Source: Entomortierella parvispora E1425
Taxonomy: Eukaryota > Fungi > Mortierellomycota
DNA length: 64,000 bases
Assembly (NCBI GenBank): GCA_020891255.1
Contig: BQFW01000005.1
Coordinates: 1,240,001 to 1,304,000, forward strand
Direction of reading: 5' to 3'
The notes below the pieces were generated by a model. The model did not search any database. It worked only from the letters and a program-made list of their open reading frames with translations, and was not told the DNA's origin. Position numbers and translations under genes: made by a program. Positions 1 through 11,888 of this stretch are shown piece after piece; the stretch's first letter is position 1, and every line of letters starts with the position of its first letter.

Positions 1-13
1 TATTAATGGTGGA

Positions 14-220
14 ATGACATCGTCGACGACTAGTACGGGCTATGTCCAACCTCCGCTGTCAATGCCGTCAGATTCCCCGCAAGTAAAACCGACGCCGTCC
101 TTGAGCCATTCGATGTCCTCTGCTTCACAGCATCAACAGCACCACCAACAACAGCAACACCCGATGTCACCAGTCTCGGCTGCGGCGACGGGGGCTATTG
201 TAGCAAGTCAGCAGCAAAAA

Positions 221-255
<35 letters not shown>

Positions 256-337
256 ACCTCCCAAGAAGCAACAGGTGTGGGTTCCAATGTACCAGACACT
301 AGCAGGAAAGACATATGTGCAATACCATCCGTCCTAA
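14..337 (+). CDS. Possible 3' part of a glutamine-rich low-complexity protein (gene may begin upstream of the window)
   Basis: 107-aa ORF with S/P-rich and poly-Q (CAG/CAA) tracts at the window edge; no recognisable domain. Confidence 0.35.
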
Positions 338-477
338 GTCCCATCTACTACCGATAATAATAAAGAACGCGATCCAAAAAAAAAAAAAAAAAAAAAAACG
401 TCATGTGACTCTGGAGGCGCGTCGAGGATACTTCTTCACCCCCCAAAAGTGGCGTTTAGGCCCGGGAGGGACTTCGT

Positions 478-594
478 CACGTGGAGTATATGGCCTTGCA
501 CTTATAGAATTGCAAGGATATAACGATAATGGTAGGATATAACGTACTCTCACGTGATATCTACACGTGACAACATACGTCATTTAGTCACGTG
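478..594. promoter_or_regulatory. Cluster of four CACGTG (E-box) motifs
   Basis: CACGTG at 478, 551, 564 and 589, in non-coding DNA downstream of the MULE transposase. Confidence 0.5.
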
Positions 595-1570
595 GATTTA
601 TATTGTCTGCCCAAATAGGAAGGAGTCTCGATCACCCCACAAAGTATAGGGAGACATGTCCGAAAAACAACATCGTTCTATGTGAAGTCATTCAAATCGT
701 ATCAGAATGCCATGATTGTTAGCAATATCGATAGATATGATAAAAATACACCTCTCAAGTGATCGCGAGCAGTTTTGAACAAGTTTGAGAGCGTGTTCAT
801 CTTCGTTGTGCTTATTTTGACTGAAAATGACGAGGGTGTTCGCTATGTTTTGGCTAGTTACCATTGTATATTCAATTACAACACCACTTTCTTCCACATA
901 CATCCAAAACTTTCAGAATCCATGCCCTTTCCAATGTACATACTGTGAATGCGCTTTATTCGGTCAACACGCCTCGAAAAAAAGAACTTCACTTAGGAGC
1001 AAAGTGATCGACTTGGAAAAAAAATAGAATTTTGATGCATCTGAGGACATTTGTCTCGACTTTCCATGGTCAGAATTGCAACAATTGGGCTGAAAGCACT
1101 TTCCTGAGGTGGCCACACATTGTACGAAGAACGTAGTATCGTTTTCCTGCCAAAGAACGATTCCTCTAGAGGGCAATTGGATGAGTCATTCAAAGTAAAA
1201 TGAACTTCTGACTACAATTTTACAGTAGTAATGCCTCAGCATGATGACAAGCTCTTGGCTGTTTTCCAAAGAAGTACTATTCATAGGCAGGTGTCGCGAT
1301 ATACATGTTATTAAAAGTTGGAAGAGGTTTGGCTTCCGGATTCAGAGCTATCATGGTTCCTGAGATAGAGATATTGCTGCCATTTTATTTGTTTTTTTAA
1401 AAAAAAGAGCTCCCAGAAGGAGTATTTCCTCAGGAAACCCTGGGCCATAGGAACAGCAACCGAGATTGCATCAGAACTTGCGAAAGAACACTGCCAAATC
1501 ATATGGTTGAACTATGATCGATCATGTCGCATCGAAGATAGAGTGGGCTGTGTGTTTATTACATTATTAT

Positions 1571-4444
1571 TTAGAAGACTTGTCTACGTTTGTGTACGGC
1601 ATTGAAGTGTAGAGGAGCTCTATTAACCATCTGACCAATACACAACGTTGTCTGTTGCAAAATGGAGGTGATGTCCTCCATCTCCTTGTCATCTTTGCTT
1701 TGCACGAGGCTAGATAGGATGTTGATCTGCTCTAGAGCTTTAAGCCTCCACTTCGCGGCCTCTCGTTGCAGATGCCTCCGTTCTTCATCTTCGTCGTCCC
1801 CTGTTACTATTGATTCTATCCCTCCCAAAACGACAGCAGCCGTTTCTTCTCCAGGCTCAATGCCAGCCAATAGCTTGTCCTTAGTGTCCTTTGACTCTGG
1901 AAGCACAATAGTTGTCATGGACCCATGAAAGTTGTTGTCAACTGGTAGTTGAATGTTTGGAAACATGAGGGTAGCAGCAATGATATGTTTGCAAGGCTGA
2001 AGACGGCGCTTGAAGTCAGGGCACTCACAGGCCCGAATTGTGGGTGGATATGTCGTATGAATTGCAGTGATCTCGTACTCACTCCCATCAGACTTATCAA
2101 ACGAGGTAATCCAGAGACGGTTCGAAAGGGTGTCATGTCGGAAGAGCTGGAGCCTTTGTTGAGCGGTCAAGTTCCTGAAACGACGCTGCACAGAAATCAA
2201 TCGATCCTGATATTCTTTTGTATTTTTTGATTGCCGTCCGAGGTTCAACGTAGCTGTGTTGATAATACTCTGGAAGTATTCGACGACAGCACCAGAGAGT
2301 ACATTGATCACAGTGTCAAGCCGGGGACTCTTGTTGTCTCGCAGGAACTTCGATTTCAGTTGACTGTGCCAGCTCTCCACATAGTTGTTGGTGTTGATGT
2401 CGGCCCAATATACATCACTCCGGTATGCGCGCATCCACTGTTCTCGCTTCTCCAGAGTAAAGCTGGTAGTGTCAAGGTATTCGAGGACTTCCGTGTAAGC
2501 ACTGTCTAGCGTTAGAGCCTGGCGAAGGCTTTGCTGGAGTAGAGAGGCCTGGTCGGGATCTTGAGTGTACATCATACGGCGCAACATCTTGAAGATCACC
2601 TCGCGGGATTTGTCATACTGACGCTTTAGTTGTGCCTTCTCGTCTTTGTTCTTGCCGGTCATATCTGGATGGATCTTGCCAGGGAGAGCTCGAGCCCATG
2701 CGCGCTGAACGTGCCAGAGGCAGAGCTGAATCTTGACATCATCGAAGGCATAGTTGATGGCATTCTTCTCGATGTAGCTGTCGTCAACCACAATTGTTTT
2801 CACAATGCAATACGGCTTGTTTGACCCTTCTTGAACCATGAGTTGGCACCGCACATGACTCAGCCAAAGGCTAAGAGCCGAAGCTGACATATCACTCGTA
2901 AGAAAAAAAGCTACTGGTATTCCTTTTCCAGAGGAGTGCGCAACCACAATTGTGTAAAGTTGCGTGTTGTCATGACGGGTTGTTCCATGGGTGGCATCAA
3001 TGCTAAAGCCAGCGCCGAATTGTTGCAGCATCTTCCGCTGCCAAGGGGATATAAATCCAAATCCAAACCGTTCCTTGGGACCAGTCTTGGCAGTTGGCGG
3101 TTCAATTGGCTGTTTATCGGGTGCAACGGATTCAATAAAAGCAGCCAATCGACCCTGCTCGAGATTTAGGCCGACAGCCATTTTCTCAATGAGTGCAAAA
3201 GCCACTCTGTCTGATGTAGGAGTGGGATTCTTACCACGGGCAGGTTTCCGAGGAGCGTCTCGTTTCATTCGACCATTATCCACCAAGATATCCTTTCCCC
3301 CAAAACTGCTGGAAGAAGACCAAGCACCATCAGGTGCCTCATCGTATTCAAACACGGAGAACCCCTGTTCTCGCAATTTCGTTCCCCACAGACGCATAGA
3401 TATTCTCTCATCTTGGTCAAGCTGAGAAGTAATCCGTTGGCGACGAATGTCTATATTATAGATGTCTTCCTTCGTGATGGCCCTATCTCTAGCACACTGA
3501 ATATCGAATTGCGACTTGTCCTCCGGCGACGCTTTCGAAAGCTTTTCATAGATGAACCGACGAGAGTGTCCTGCATCGAGCATCCTCTCAACCTGTTCCC
3601 TTCGCCATTTGGACAGGCGACAATGCCTGATATTCTCGATGGAATTCGTTTGGTGCCCTGTATGGTACGGTCTGTATGTAACAACGGCCTCTTCTGAGTT
3701 CTTGTAATACTTGACGAGAACGTATGACTTACAGCCAACCTTGCCACTGATCTTTTGACGCGGACGCTTCTTGAGTACATTCTCTGGAAAATCATCTTGG
3801 GTGGGGTCCTCTTTAAGGCTGCAGTCGCTGTCTGTACTAGAGTTGTCGTCTTCTGCTTTAACCTTGGTAGCCGAGCTGCCCTGTCGCCGGCGCTTCTTAG
3901 GGGTACCAGCGTGCTGGCAGAAGTATCTGACGGAGCATTCGAGGGAGGACTTCGTACTCTTCGACTTCCTCTCCTCCTTCTTCAGGTATTTGGTTGAAGC
4001 AAGACGCCCCTGTTCAAACAGCCAGGGAATGACCATCGATTTGTCCATGCGCTTTTCGATTAGTCGGTTGTGATTAGGATGCCGCGGAAGGAGGCCCCCG
4101 AAAACCTTGGTCCACAAAGGAACAGGAGCTTCCTGGTCGTTCGGGGGTTCGACGGGTATCTCCAAGTTCTCAGTAACTTCCGATGAAGACACTGAGGCCG
4201 GGTATTCGACATCCTGAGCAGCCTCCTGGATATCCTCATCCTCATTGTCGCTGGAGTCCGAGGATTTATCTGAGAAGAAGCAGACTTCAAATGCAGGGTC
4301 TTCAACGACTGATGGGGTGACAGGGCAATCCTGTGGGGCCACATAGGTCTAACAGGAAGACAAAAGTGTGTCGATATCATTAGTATCCACATATCTCAAT
4401 TAGCCTACTGCGAGACATGCCATGCCATACCATACCTCTTCCAT
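1571..4444 (-). CDS. MULE (Mutator-like) DDE transposase with FAR1/WRKY-like N-terminal zinc domain and SWIM finger
   Basis: 923-aa ORF 1571-4342: YFCQHAG..KVGC..YHTGH zinc module, FSIDATHG (D1), IVVDDS (D2), QLCLWHV (CxxH), TNNYVESWHSQLK (E), CECPDFKRRLQPCKH (SWIM). The ORF lacks an ATG. An AG acceptor before 4348 and a possible ATG GAA GAG|GTATGG mini-exon at 4444-4436 suggest the true start (tentative). Confidence 0.9.
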
Positions 4445-4718
4445 GTTGCAGGACTATATCGCGTAAGGGCCTCGCGTTGCCTGGTGAATGGAACGTGTTA
4501 ATTCAGGTTGCATTTCTTCTCTAATTCTTTTTGTTGATCCGTCCTTCAATAGAGCTACAGCCTACCTGGCAACGCTACTGTTGTCTGGGGTATGAGGGGA
4601 GGGTGAGGGGAGGGTAAGGGAAGAAGCAAAGGTGTTGTGAGGGACGGTCAGGAACGTTTGTTTTTGTGCATTGTGATGACGTGCTGATTTTGTGCACTAA
4701 GGGAGAACTCAGGTCAAT

Positions 4719-4748
4719 GCACGTGATGGCACGTGGTGGCACGTGATA
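4719..4748. promoter_or_regulatory. Three E-boxes phased at 10 bp between the divergent MULE and GCR1_C-1 genes
   Basis: GCACGTGATG GCACGTGGTG GCACGTGATA, a 10-bp tandem repeated three times. Confidence 0.55.
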
Positions 4749-4938
4749 TTTGGTGGCAATGTTTTTATGGGGGGCACATAAGGTAAATCAGGCGCGTCCG
4801 GCAGTCTTTGACCCACAAGAAACAGAAAACAACAAAAAGTCCATCTGATGATTGCCCTGCATTGCCAACGTCATTCTCTCTCTGACAAACAATTCACTCT
4901 CTCCTCCAACACCTGTCCCCGTTTGCTCGGCATCCACG

Positions 4939-7747
4939 ATGCAATGCCTAGGTGACCCTTCTGAGACTTTGGATGTTCTGGTAAAATGAGCTTCTATGGC
5001 TCATCAAGAAGATAGACACTCGTTTTTATATATTTTTTATCTTTTTATAAGCCGAATCGTATCTTTTAACTCCAAACATTGATCCCTCTAGTTGCATCTC
5101 TTTGGTGCACCCACAAAGAGAGTAAAATCGGCAGAGGCAAAGGCAGAGACAGAGTGGGCCCTCTCAGCTGCAAACGAAAAGCAGGAAAGGAATCGACAAA
5201 ATGTGCTCCTCCGCCTAGAGACACTCCCTCCTGGAGACGAAGGTCTCCTCTGCTATGTTGTACGAAAGGAAGATAGATTGTTTTCTCTCTTGTACAGAGG
5301 TCGAAACAAAGGATCTTGTTGTTAATGATGATCTTTTGGAATTCTAGGACTGGTGCGGTATTCAAAAGGAAGGCCGAAGACCAACGGAAGAGCGAGTTTT
5401 GAGATACATCAACGACTTTGCACGTCCTCGGCAAGATCTTATTCGACAGCATAAGGTCCATCTTCCGTCAAAACCTCAAGCCCGCATCGGAGTTGCTGAA
5501 CTATTGATCAACCCCGTTCGTAGACTTCAACAACGCTTGTCCTCCGCAATGGAGCGCCCCTACCAACCGACCAGGAAATCAAAGTCTTGGTCCACCACCG
5601 ACGGCTGGACACACCCATCCACCGGAATTACATACCCATTACCGCCCATTGATTTCTCTGGATCCTCAACGCAGGGCGATGGTGCGCAGGAGGTTCCTGT
5701 TTTGGACGCGGACAAATCTATGGAGATGACATTGCCATCCACGATACCTCCTCATCATGATACCAATACACTCACGGATTCGTCCGTATCATCGGCCGTC
5801 AACACCAGAGGTTCATCCCCATCTCGGTCTGCTACACAACAGCAGCGCCAGAAAACAGTCAAAAAGACATCGGTCAGAAAGGCTTCTCAGACACGCAAAA
5901 AGGGTGCCGAGGTGGAGAAGGCCATGGTAGACATCAGTATTAAGGATCCCATCAACGACGTGGCTGGCTCTCACGATACAGATGGCGGTACCTATGCCAG
6001 ATTCCGAGCGGAGGAATTTGTGTGGCCAACACCCACATCAGGCGACGGAAGAAATCTTACAGGACCAGTACCTGTCTATCAACTGAGCCGCCATGCGGTG
6101 ACTGTGCCAGAGATCTTGCAAGAGTGGAGGTATGGTGTGGGGGGAGGCCCGTCTGTCCAGGAGCTCAATCGTGAGTTTGGCAACCGGTGGCGCGTTGGTG
6201 TCAATGATATCAATAAGACCATGTATGACCGATGGCTGGCTATCGTGAAGGAGTATGTCTGCCTCGTGCTACAGGACGGTTTGTCAAACGAAAAGGCGAT
6301 CCAGACTTTGTTGACGATTCAAGGAACCAGTTCCTTGAATACCTTTTACAAGAACGTTATGGATATTCGACGAAAGCGAACAGGAGGCTTCAGGAGGGGT
6401 GGCAACGGCGTAGGGTCTGGTACCAGTCAACCTCGATCTGAGGCTGGGAGCCACAATGATGTCGACAGTGACTCTCAGACGGTGGATAATACGACGGGCG
6501 ATGCATCCACAATGGACGACGTGTCAACTCTGGAAGCTATTGCTGTGAGTTTTCCTCCAATCGACGGCGCTTTGGGACCAGACCCTGCAGAGACAACTCA
6601 GCCTGTTGTCGACATTCCCAAAAAAAGAAGGAGCAGGAAGAGTACTGCCGAGTCTACCGCCTCCACTATTACAGACGACATTACCTGCCTCGGTGCAGCA
6701 GATTCTTTGAACTCCAACTCTGTAGGGTCGAACACGGATGTCACCCCACAAACGAAATCAACAGCCAAAGCTAAGAAGATGACTGGGGAAAGGGGTCCTA
6801 CCACGCTTGATTTTGAATCATCCATGACCGTCATTGATATGAACGCCTTTGGCAAAAAGGACGTTGCAGATGGCAACAAGCGGAAAAGAGGAAAACAAGT
6901 CAGCGAGGCCATTGCAGCAACTCCACATGATCCAGAACCCGTCGCTGAGCCTCATAGCGCAGGCGGAAAGACAAGGAAGAGAGCCAAGAAGGCTGATGTG
7001 AATCCTCTACCAGCAACTGCCTGGGAGCCTGAGCCTGTCGTCAACCCAAACCCCTCAAAAAGGAGAGGCGCTAAGAAAGCCGAGGGAATTTCTACTCCTG
7101 TGGTCACCGGGGATACTGCCAGCTCGCCAGGATCGGAGGAAAGTACCGTACGAACTACCCGTCATCGAGCCAGTCTGTCTATTGAGGCTACCAATACTGT
7201 GGCAGCAAAGTCTGGTAAAGATGCCGTCACCGTAGGAGCACAACCTGACAAGGCTGCCGCTGCCGTAGAATCAAAGCGTCCGGGAAGAAAGGCGCAGGCA
7301 AGGCCCTCAGATGAATACGAATATACGCCATTCCCTGTTCGAAACCTCGGCACGATTGCAGATATCTGGACAGAATGGACAATTGGATGGGAAGGCGAAC
7401 CCTCGATGGAGTCCTTGGTGGAGACTCATGGTCGACTGTGGCTTGGGAAACTATACAAGCACCAGTACACCTATTTCTACTGCAGGGAACGGTATGTGAA
7501 GGCGATCCGAGATGCGGTTGAAAAAGGATCGATCTCATCGTCAGAGGAAGGCATTGCATTATTGGATGAGGCTCGAAAAAATCTCTCAGTGTCCCATTTC
7601 CGGAACCATGAGAGCTTTCGAAAGATCATGAACTTGTGGGGAGTTCCTTTTGCGCGAAAACGGAGTAAAAAGGATCCGGCAGGGCCAGAGCCGGAACCAG
7701 AACCAGATGCTGAGGACGATGGGGTAGAAGCAGAAGCAGAAGCATAG
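4939..7747 (+). CDS. GCR1_C-domain protein paralog 1 (two GCR1_C-like domains; putative Crypton-derived DNA-binding protein)
   Basis: Predicted exons 4939-4980 (tentative), 5092-5259, 5348-7747. LPPGDEGLLCYV|DWC junction; YQLSRHAVTVPEILQEWRYGVGGGPSVQELNREFGNRWR matches the GCR1_C consensus; second copy FPVRNLGTIADIWTEWTIGWEGEPSMESL. Confidence 0.8.
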
Positions 7748-8743
7748 TCTTGATGACGAAACGCTTTTGGATTGTACATATTGCGATGTCCCCACCACCA
7801 CCACTAGTAATAATAATAAAAATCACACACATAGCCATTGAGATATATATAGGAGTTGGCATTGCCACTTGTGGTTTTCTCTCGATGGGCAGTCTGACAC
7901 GTCCCTGGGCTGACCCAAAAAAACAAAAAGGTCGGTCCAAATCTTGGACTATCCGAGACCAATTTACGAGTTTACCCAGGCACCCTGTCCATTTGGCTGA
8001 GGTTTCACATTTTTCTTTAGCCTTCTTTGCGCCGCACGCGCGATTCAGGAACGCCAAACGTGGAATGGTATGGTCAAAAAGACGCAAGGGAAAGGCAGGT
8101 CTCTTTTCCTTTTCTTCTCTCATATGAAAGCTTCTTCCCTCATCCTAGGGAAACCATGGCATTGAACAAGTCGGGCATGCTATAGTTTTGCCATGCAGAA
8201 AACTTACATCAACTTTTTTTTCTTTTTGAATACTTTTTTGCTTTTATTCTCCGGGATCTGATCGACAGGATCCCACACACTGTATCTGACACCATCGAAC
8301 CGCGAAGAAAAACAAGGGTGAGAGGTGAAAAGAAGGAAATGAAATGTAGAATCCGTTCGATCGAAGAAATTGACGCAAAAAATAAAAGGAAAAAAATAGG
8401 GTCGGAGGGGGACTAAGGCAATGAGGAAGTGGAACAAGTCAGGGCAAATCGAATCAATGAGTGGAACAAGAGAATAAGCGGGGTGAACAGATGAAGAGAG
8501 AAATAGGAGAGCAAAGACGAGGGGGAAAAAGGTACATGTACAGAACAATCATTTAGTGAAAAAAGAACCAGGGTCAGTCCAGCTGACCCCCATTCCTTTC
8601 ACCAAACGAATGGTACATTATCTTTTTTTTTCCTTGGTCCAACTCCGAGCTTGACCCCCCTTCACCATCTTCAGTCTATTCTCTTCTTAATTTTTGAGAC
8701 ATTGATCATAATCTGCTTTTTTTCTTTTCGGGGTCTTGACTCT

Positions 8744-10215
8744 TTACTTGGCGTAAACACCGTTCAAGTTGTTCTTGACCTCGGTCTTGTTGGGGCCCTT
8801 GCCAGAGTTGTGCTTGACACCATCACCGGGGGCGCGAACGTTGGTCTTGCGACCCTTGAAGTCAACGATGGCAATGGACTTCTTGGGCAACTTTCCCTTC
8901 TTGACACCGGTCAAACGGATGTCGGCACAGTTGTGGTAGTACTGGGGCAAGATATCGGCGGTCCAGGACCAGACAAACAAGCACTTGTTCTTGGTGTTGC
9001 ACGAGGGGACGTTCTTGGGGATCTTGACGGGCCACTGGTAGTAGGCTACATTTTTTTTTTTTTTGTTTGAGACGGGTTTGGGTTATTATCTTGCAGATGA
9101 GAAACATTGCGTTCAGAGACAGACACGAGAGCAGTGAACGGGCAACAGCTTACCATCAGGGCAGGACTTGGTGTAGCGGCCGATCAAGTGGTAGGTCTTG
9201 CCTCCATCATAAGAAAGGGAGAACTCGCACTAGATACACAACGGCAAAACAGAATAAATGAAAAATGAAAAAATGATGAATGAATTAGTATGTGAGCATT
9301 TTTTTTTTTTTTTTTTTTTTGTCTCTTTGGAAGTCAGAACTTGTCCAACTGGCCACCATTCGAACAATTAGTTTTTTTTTTTGGACAGGGTGCACGGCAT
9401 TGCGGCGGCTCACGTCCCATCTCCCCGAGAGGAAATGTGTAATCAACCGGGAGAGTCCCCTCATATTGCAAAAATAATGAAAAAAAACCCGAGCAACTTA
9501 CAGTTCCACCACCGTGGCGGGCCTGGGAGAACTGGTGAGACTTGGAAGTGGGCTTGGGCTGCTTCTTGATGTCCTTGGCCTTCATGGACGAGGCCAAGAA
9601 ACGGACGTTAATGGTCTGACCAGCCTTCATCTTGGTGATGGGACCGGGGGCATAGCCACCGCAAGGGAACTTTTGGGTCCACTTGCTGTCGTGGTAACCA
9701 ATCCAGGTCTATCGAAGGATACAAAAAATAAGGTCCAGGGGAGGTAGACAAACTGTCAGAACTGGGAGATATCTTTTCAAAGGTCTCTACACCCATCCTG
9801 AACAATAAGAAACGAGGTCTGCAGAACGCGTCGGTAGAGGAGGGGAGGAACCATCCATCCTGCCTGTGCGTGTGTTACTGGTGCAAAAGTGGTGAATTTT
9901 TGTTCCTGCGAGTCGAGGAGGGGGAGGCGAGTGGTTTTGTTTTGATTTCTCGGTATCCGGCAAAATACACTGCATTTTGCTTATGCGCCCTCAAAAAAAT
10001 GTGCTGTTACTGGGAAATGCTTCGAACTAGGAAGCGCGGTATGTGTGTGTATGGCGTTTTGAGATATGAGATGGGAGAGGTGGACATACGTGGACACGAC
10101 CGTTGTATTGCTTAGTGCCGTAACCTCCACGAGGGGTAGGGTAGAGAAGGGCCATGTGGGCAGTGGCAGAGGCCAACAAAGTGGCAAGGACGAGAACAGC
10201 GGCAGTAAACTTCAT
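8744..10215 (-). CDS. Secreted AA11-like lytic polysaccharide monooxygenase (His-brace), 236 aa
   Basis: Exons 10215-10090, 9708-9502, 9229-9154, 9045-8744 join in frame with GT-AG introns. Signal peptide MKFTAAVLVLATLLASATA is followed by His1 (HMALLYPTPRGG), then RHGGGTCEFSLSYDGG, CLFVWSW and QYYHNCADI. Confidence 0.85.
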
Positions 10216-11550
10216 TGTGAGGGGGAGTCTGAGGATAGGGTAGGATATGGGGGGACTTGATGATAGAACCAAGAGTGAAGGGGCCCTTAAACGGAGTGGG
10301 AGGGGTAAAGGGGAGGGGAAGGGAACAGGGATGCAGGAAGGGAAGGGAAGGAAGGGTATCTTGAAAGGAAAGAAAGAGAAAAGAAAAAAAGGCCAAAGGA
10401 GAATTGATAAAGGTTCTCTTTTCACAACCTTGAGTATGACCAACCACGACCACGACACACGAACAGGGAGAAAGCACCCACAGGCAAATGTTGAAGTGAA
10501 CAAACAAGAAATAGAGAAACCGGACTAAGAAAAGTGGTCAATTGGACGTCTAGACTGCAGTGGTCAAGGGCCCTTTGGACTTCGAGGCACGCTAGCGCCT
10601 GTTCCAGCTCCAGATTGCGGAATGAAAAGCGGATGAGCCTCAAAAAATAAGATGTTGGGTCCAAGTGGACCAACGAAGCAGAAGGAGGGGCTTGACTGGA
10701 CTGAGAAGAAATAGGAGATAGAACGATTTAGAAAGGCGAGAAGGATTCCATTGCCCTCATCTTGATTTCCATCGTTGTGTGTCTGACCCCTGGGGGGCTG
10801 TTGGCGCTACTTTTCATTTATCCCCAGTTTGTGTCTTTTTACCCTCACGGACCAGGGTTTGGACAGGCCCAGAGACCCAAAAAGACGCACCCACCCCGGC
10901 AAAAAGCGTCCATTTTTTTTGACTTTGCCAGTAATCAAACCCTGTCTTTGGATGCGTACGCTCTCGTCCAACCTCATTGCTTCTGAGGGCAGTGCTCTCA
11001 AATATTTTTTCTTTCTTATTCTCCCATCTTCACCGCGGACACCCATTTTGGCCCTGGGTCTGCAAATGTCAGCACTTCTCGGAAAAAGTGTCGATTGCAC
11101 TGCCTTGTCCCAGGTGTGTCGTCTGGCAGAAGGTCCAAACGGAAATTCCTACGGGTTCACGGCAGTTTTGCACGCGTTAAATTTGGTGGCGACCAATCAA
11201 TGCGATATGTTTCGTGTACCTGGGATTGTGTCTCCTGGCCTGACCTGGTGTGGATCCGGTAATGTGGATGAGAAGAAACCCGAGATGAAAAATGACTCTC
11301 CAATGTCTGTTGGGAAAAAAGTGACAGGCAGTCAAATGACTCTCCTTCATCACTGAATTGACCTCTTTGCACAAATTACCCGGGCCAAGCCTCTCCGGAC
11401 CTAGAATCATCGTCCCTGCCATTTACTGGCAACTGAGAATCATTCATGAAGTGCCTCCTTTTCGGAGAATCTCGATGGAGATTGAATGTATGATTTTCAC
11501 GTTGAATCAAAGGTGGTAGAGCCGTTGGTTGGCCTAGACGATCAACACGT

Positions 11551-11597
11551 TGGCCGAGTGGTCTGGGGGGGGGGGGAGGGGGCACGTGACTTTTTTT
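11551..11597 (+). pseudogene. Short tRNA-Leu-like A-box fragment followed by a G-run, CACGTGAC and a T-run
   Basis: TGGCCGAGTGGTCT (D-arm/A-box of tRNA-Leu type) then G-rich tract, CACGTGAC, TTTTTTT; same order as the element at 13644-13721. Confidence 0.4.
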
Positions 11598-11888
11598 CAG
11601 GAGTCCGTTCACGTTAGTTACTCATGAACCAGAAATGCCTCATGAGGCTCGCCACTCTAATCTTTTCAATCTCTTCAGTGATAGCGCTGCTGAAATAACG
11701 AAATAACCACTGAAGTCCTTGGCTGTATTTTGAGACACGAGGACAATGACGCGCTCTTCTCGCGTCACCACAACTCCATGAAGGGGACAATGGCTGGTAC
11801 ATCCCGTTTGGGGACTTCAGCCTGATACGATCTCGTTCATACCGCAAACGTGAACAGTCATTCTCAAATCTGTCAATGCCCTTGACTT

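Noticed and set aside
650-1510. Coding-like fragments downstream of the transposase
   Set aside because: Many stops and no identifiable family; at most an old pseudogene.
430-4780. Possible MULE TIRs (CCCCCCAAAA versus TTTTATGGGGGG)
   Set aside because: Too short and degenerate, and no TSD was found.
8570-8588. GGGTCAG-TCCAG-CTGACCC hairpin as a Helitron end
   Set aside because: Not followed by CTRR, and a 7-bp stem is expected by chance.
8744-9630. Lys-rich fragments first suggesting a ribosomal protein
   Set aside because: Splicing joins them to a signal peptide and His-brace motifs, giving an LPMO.
10700-11420. Overlapping short ORFs
   Set aside because: No motif or coherent splice model.
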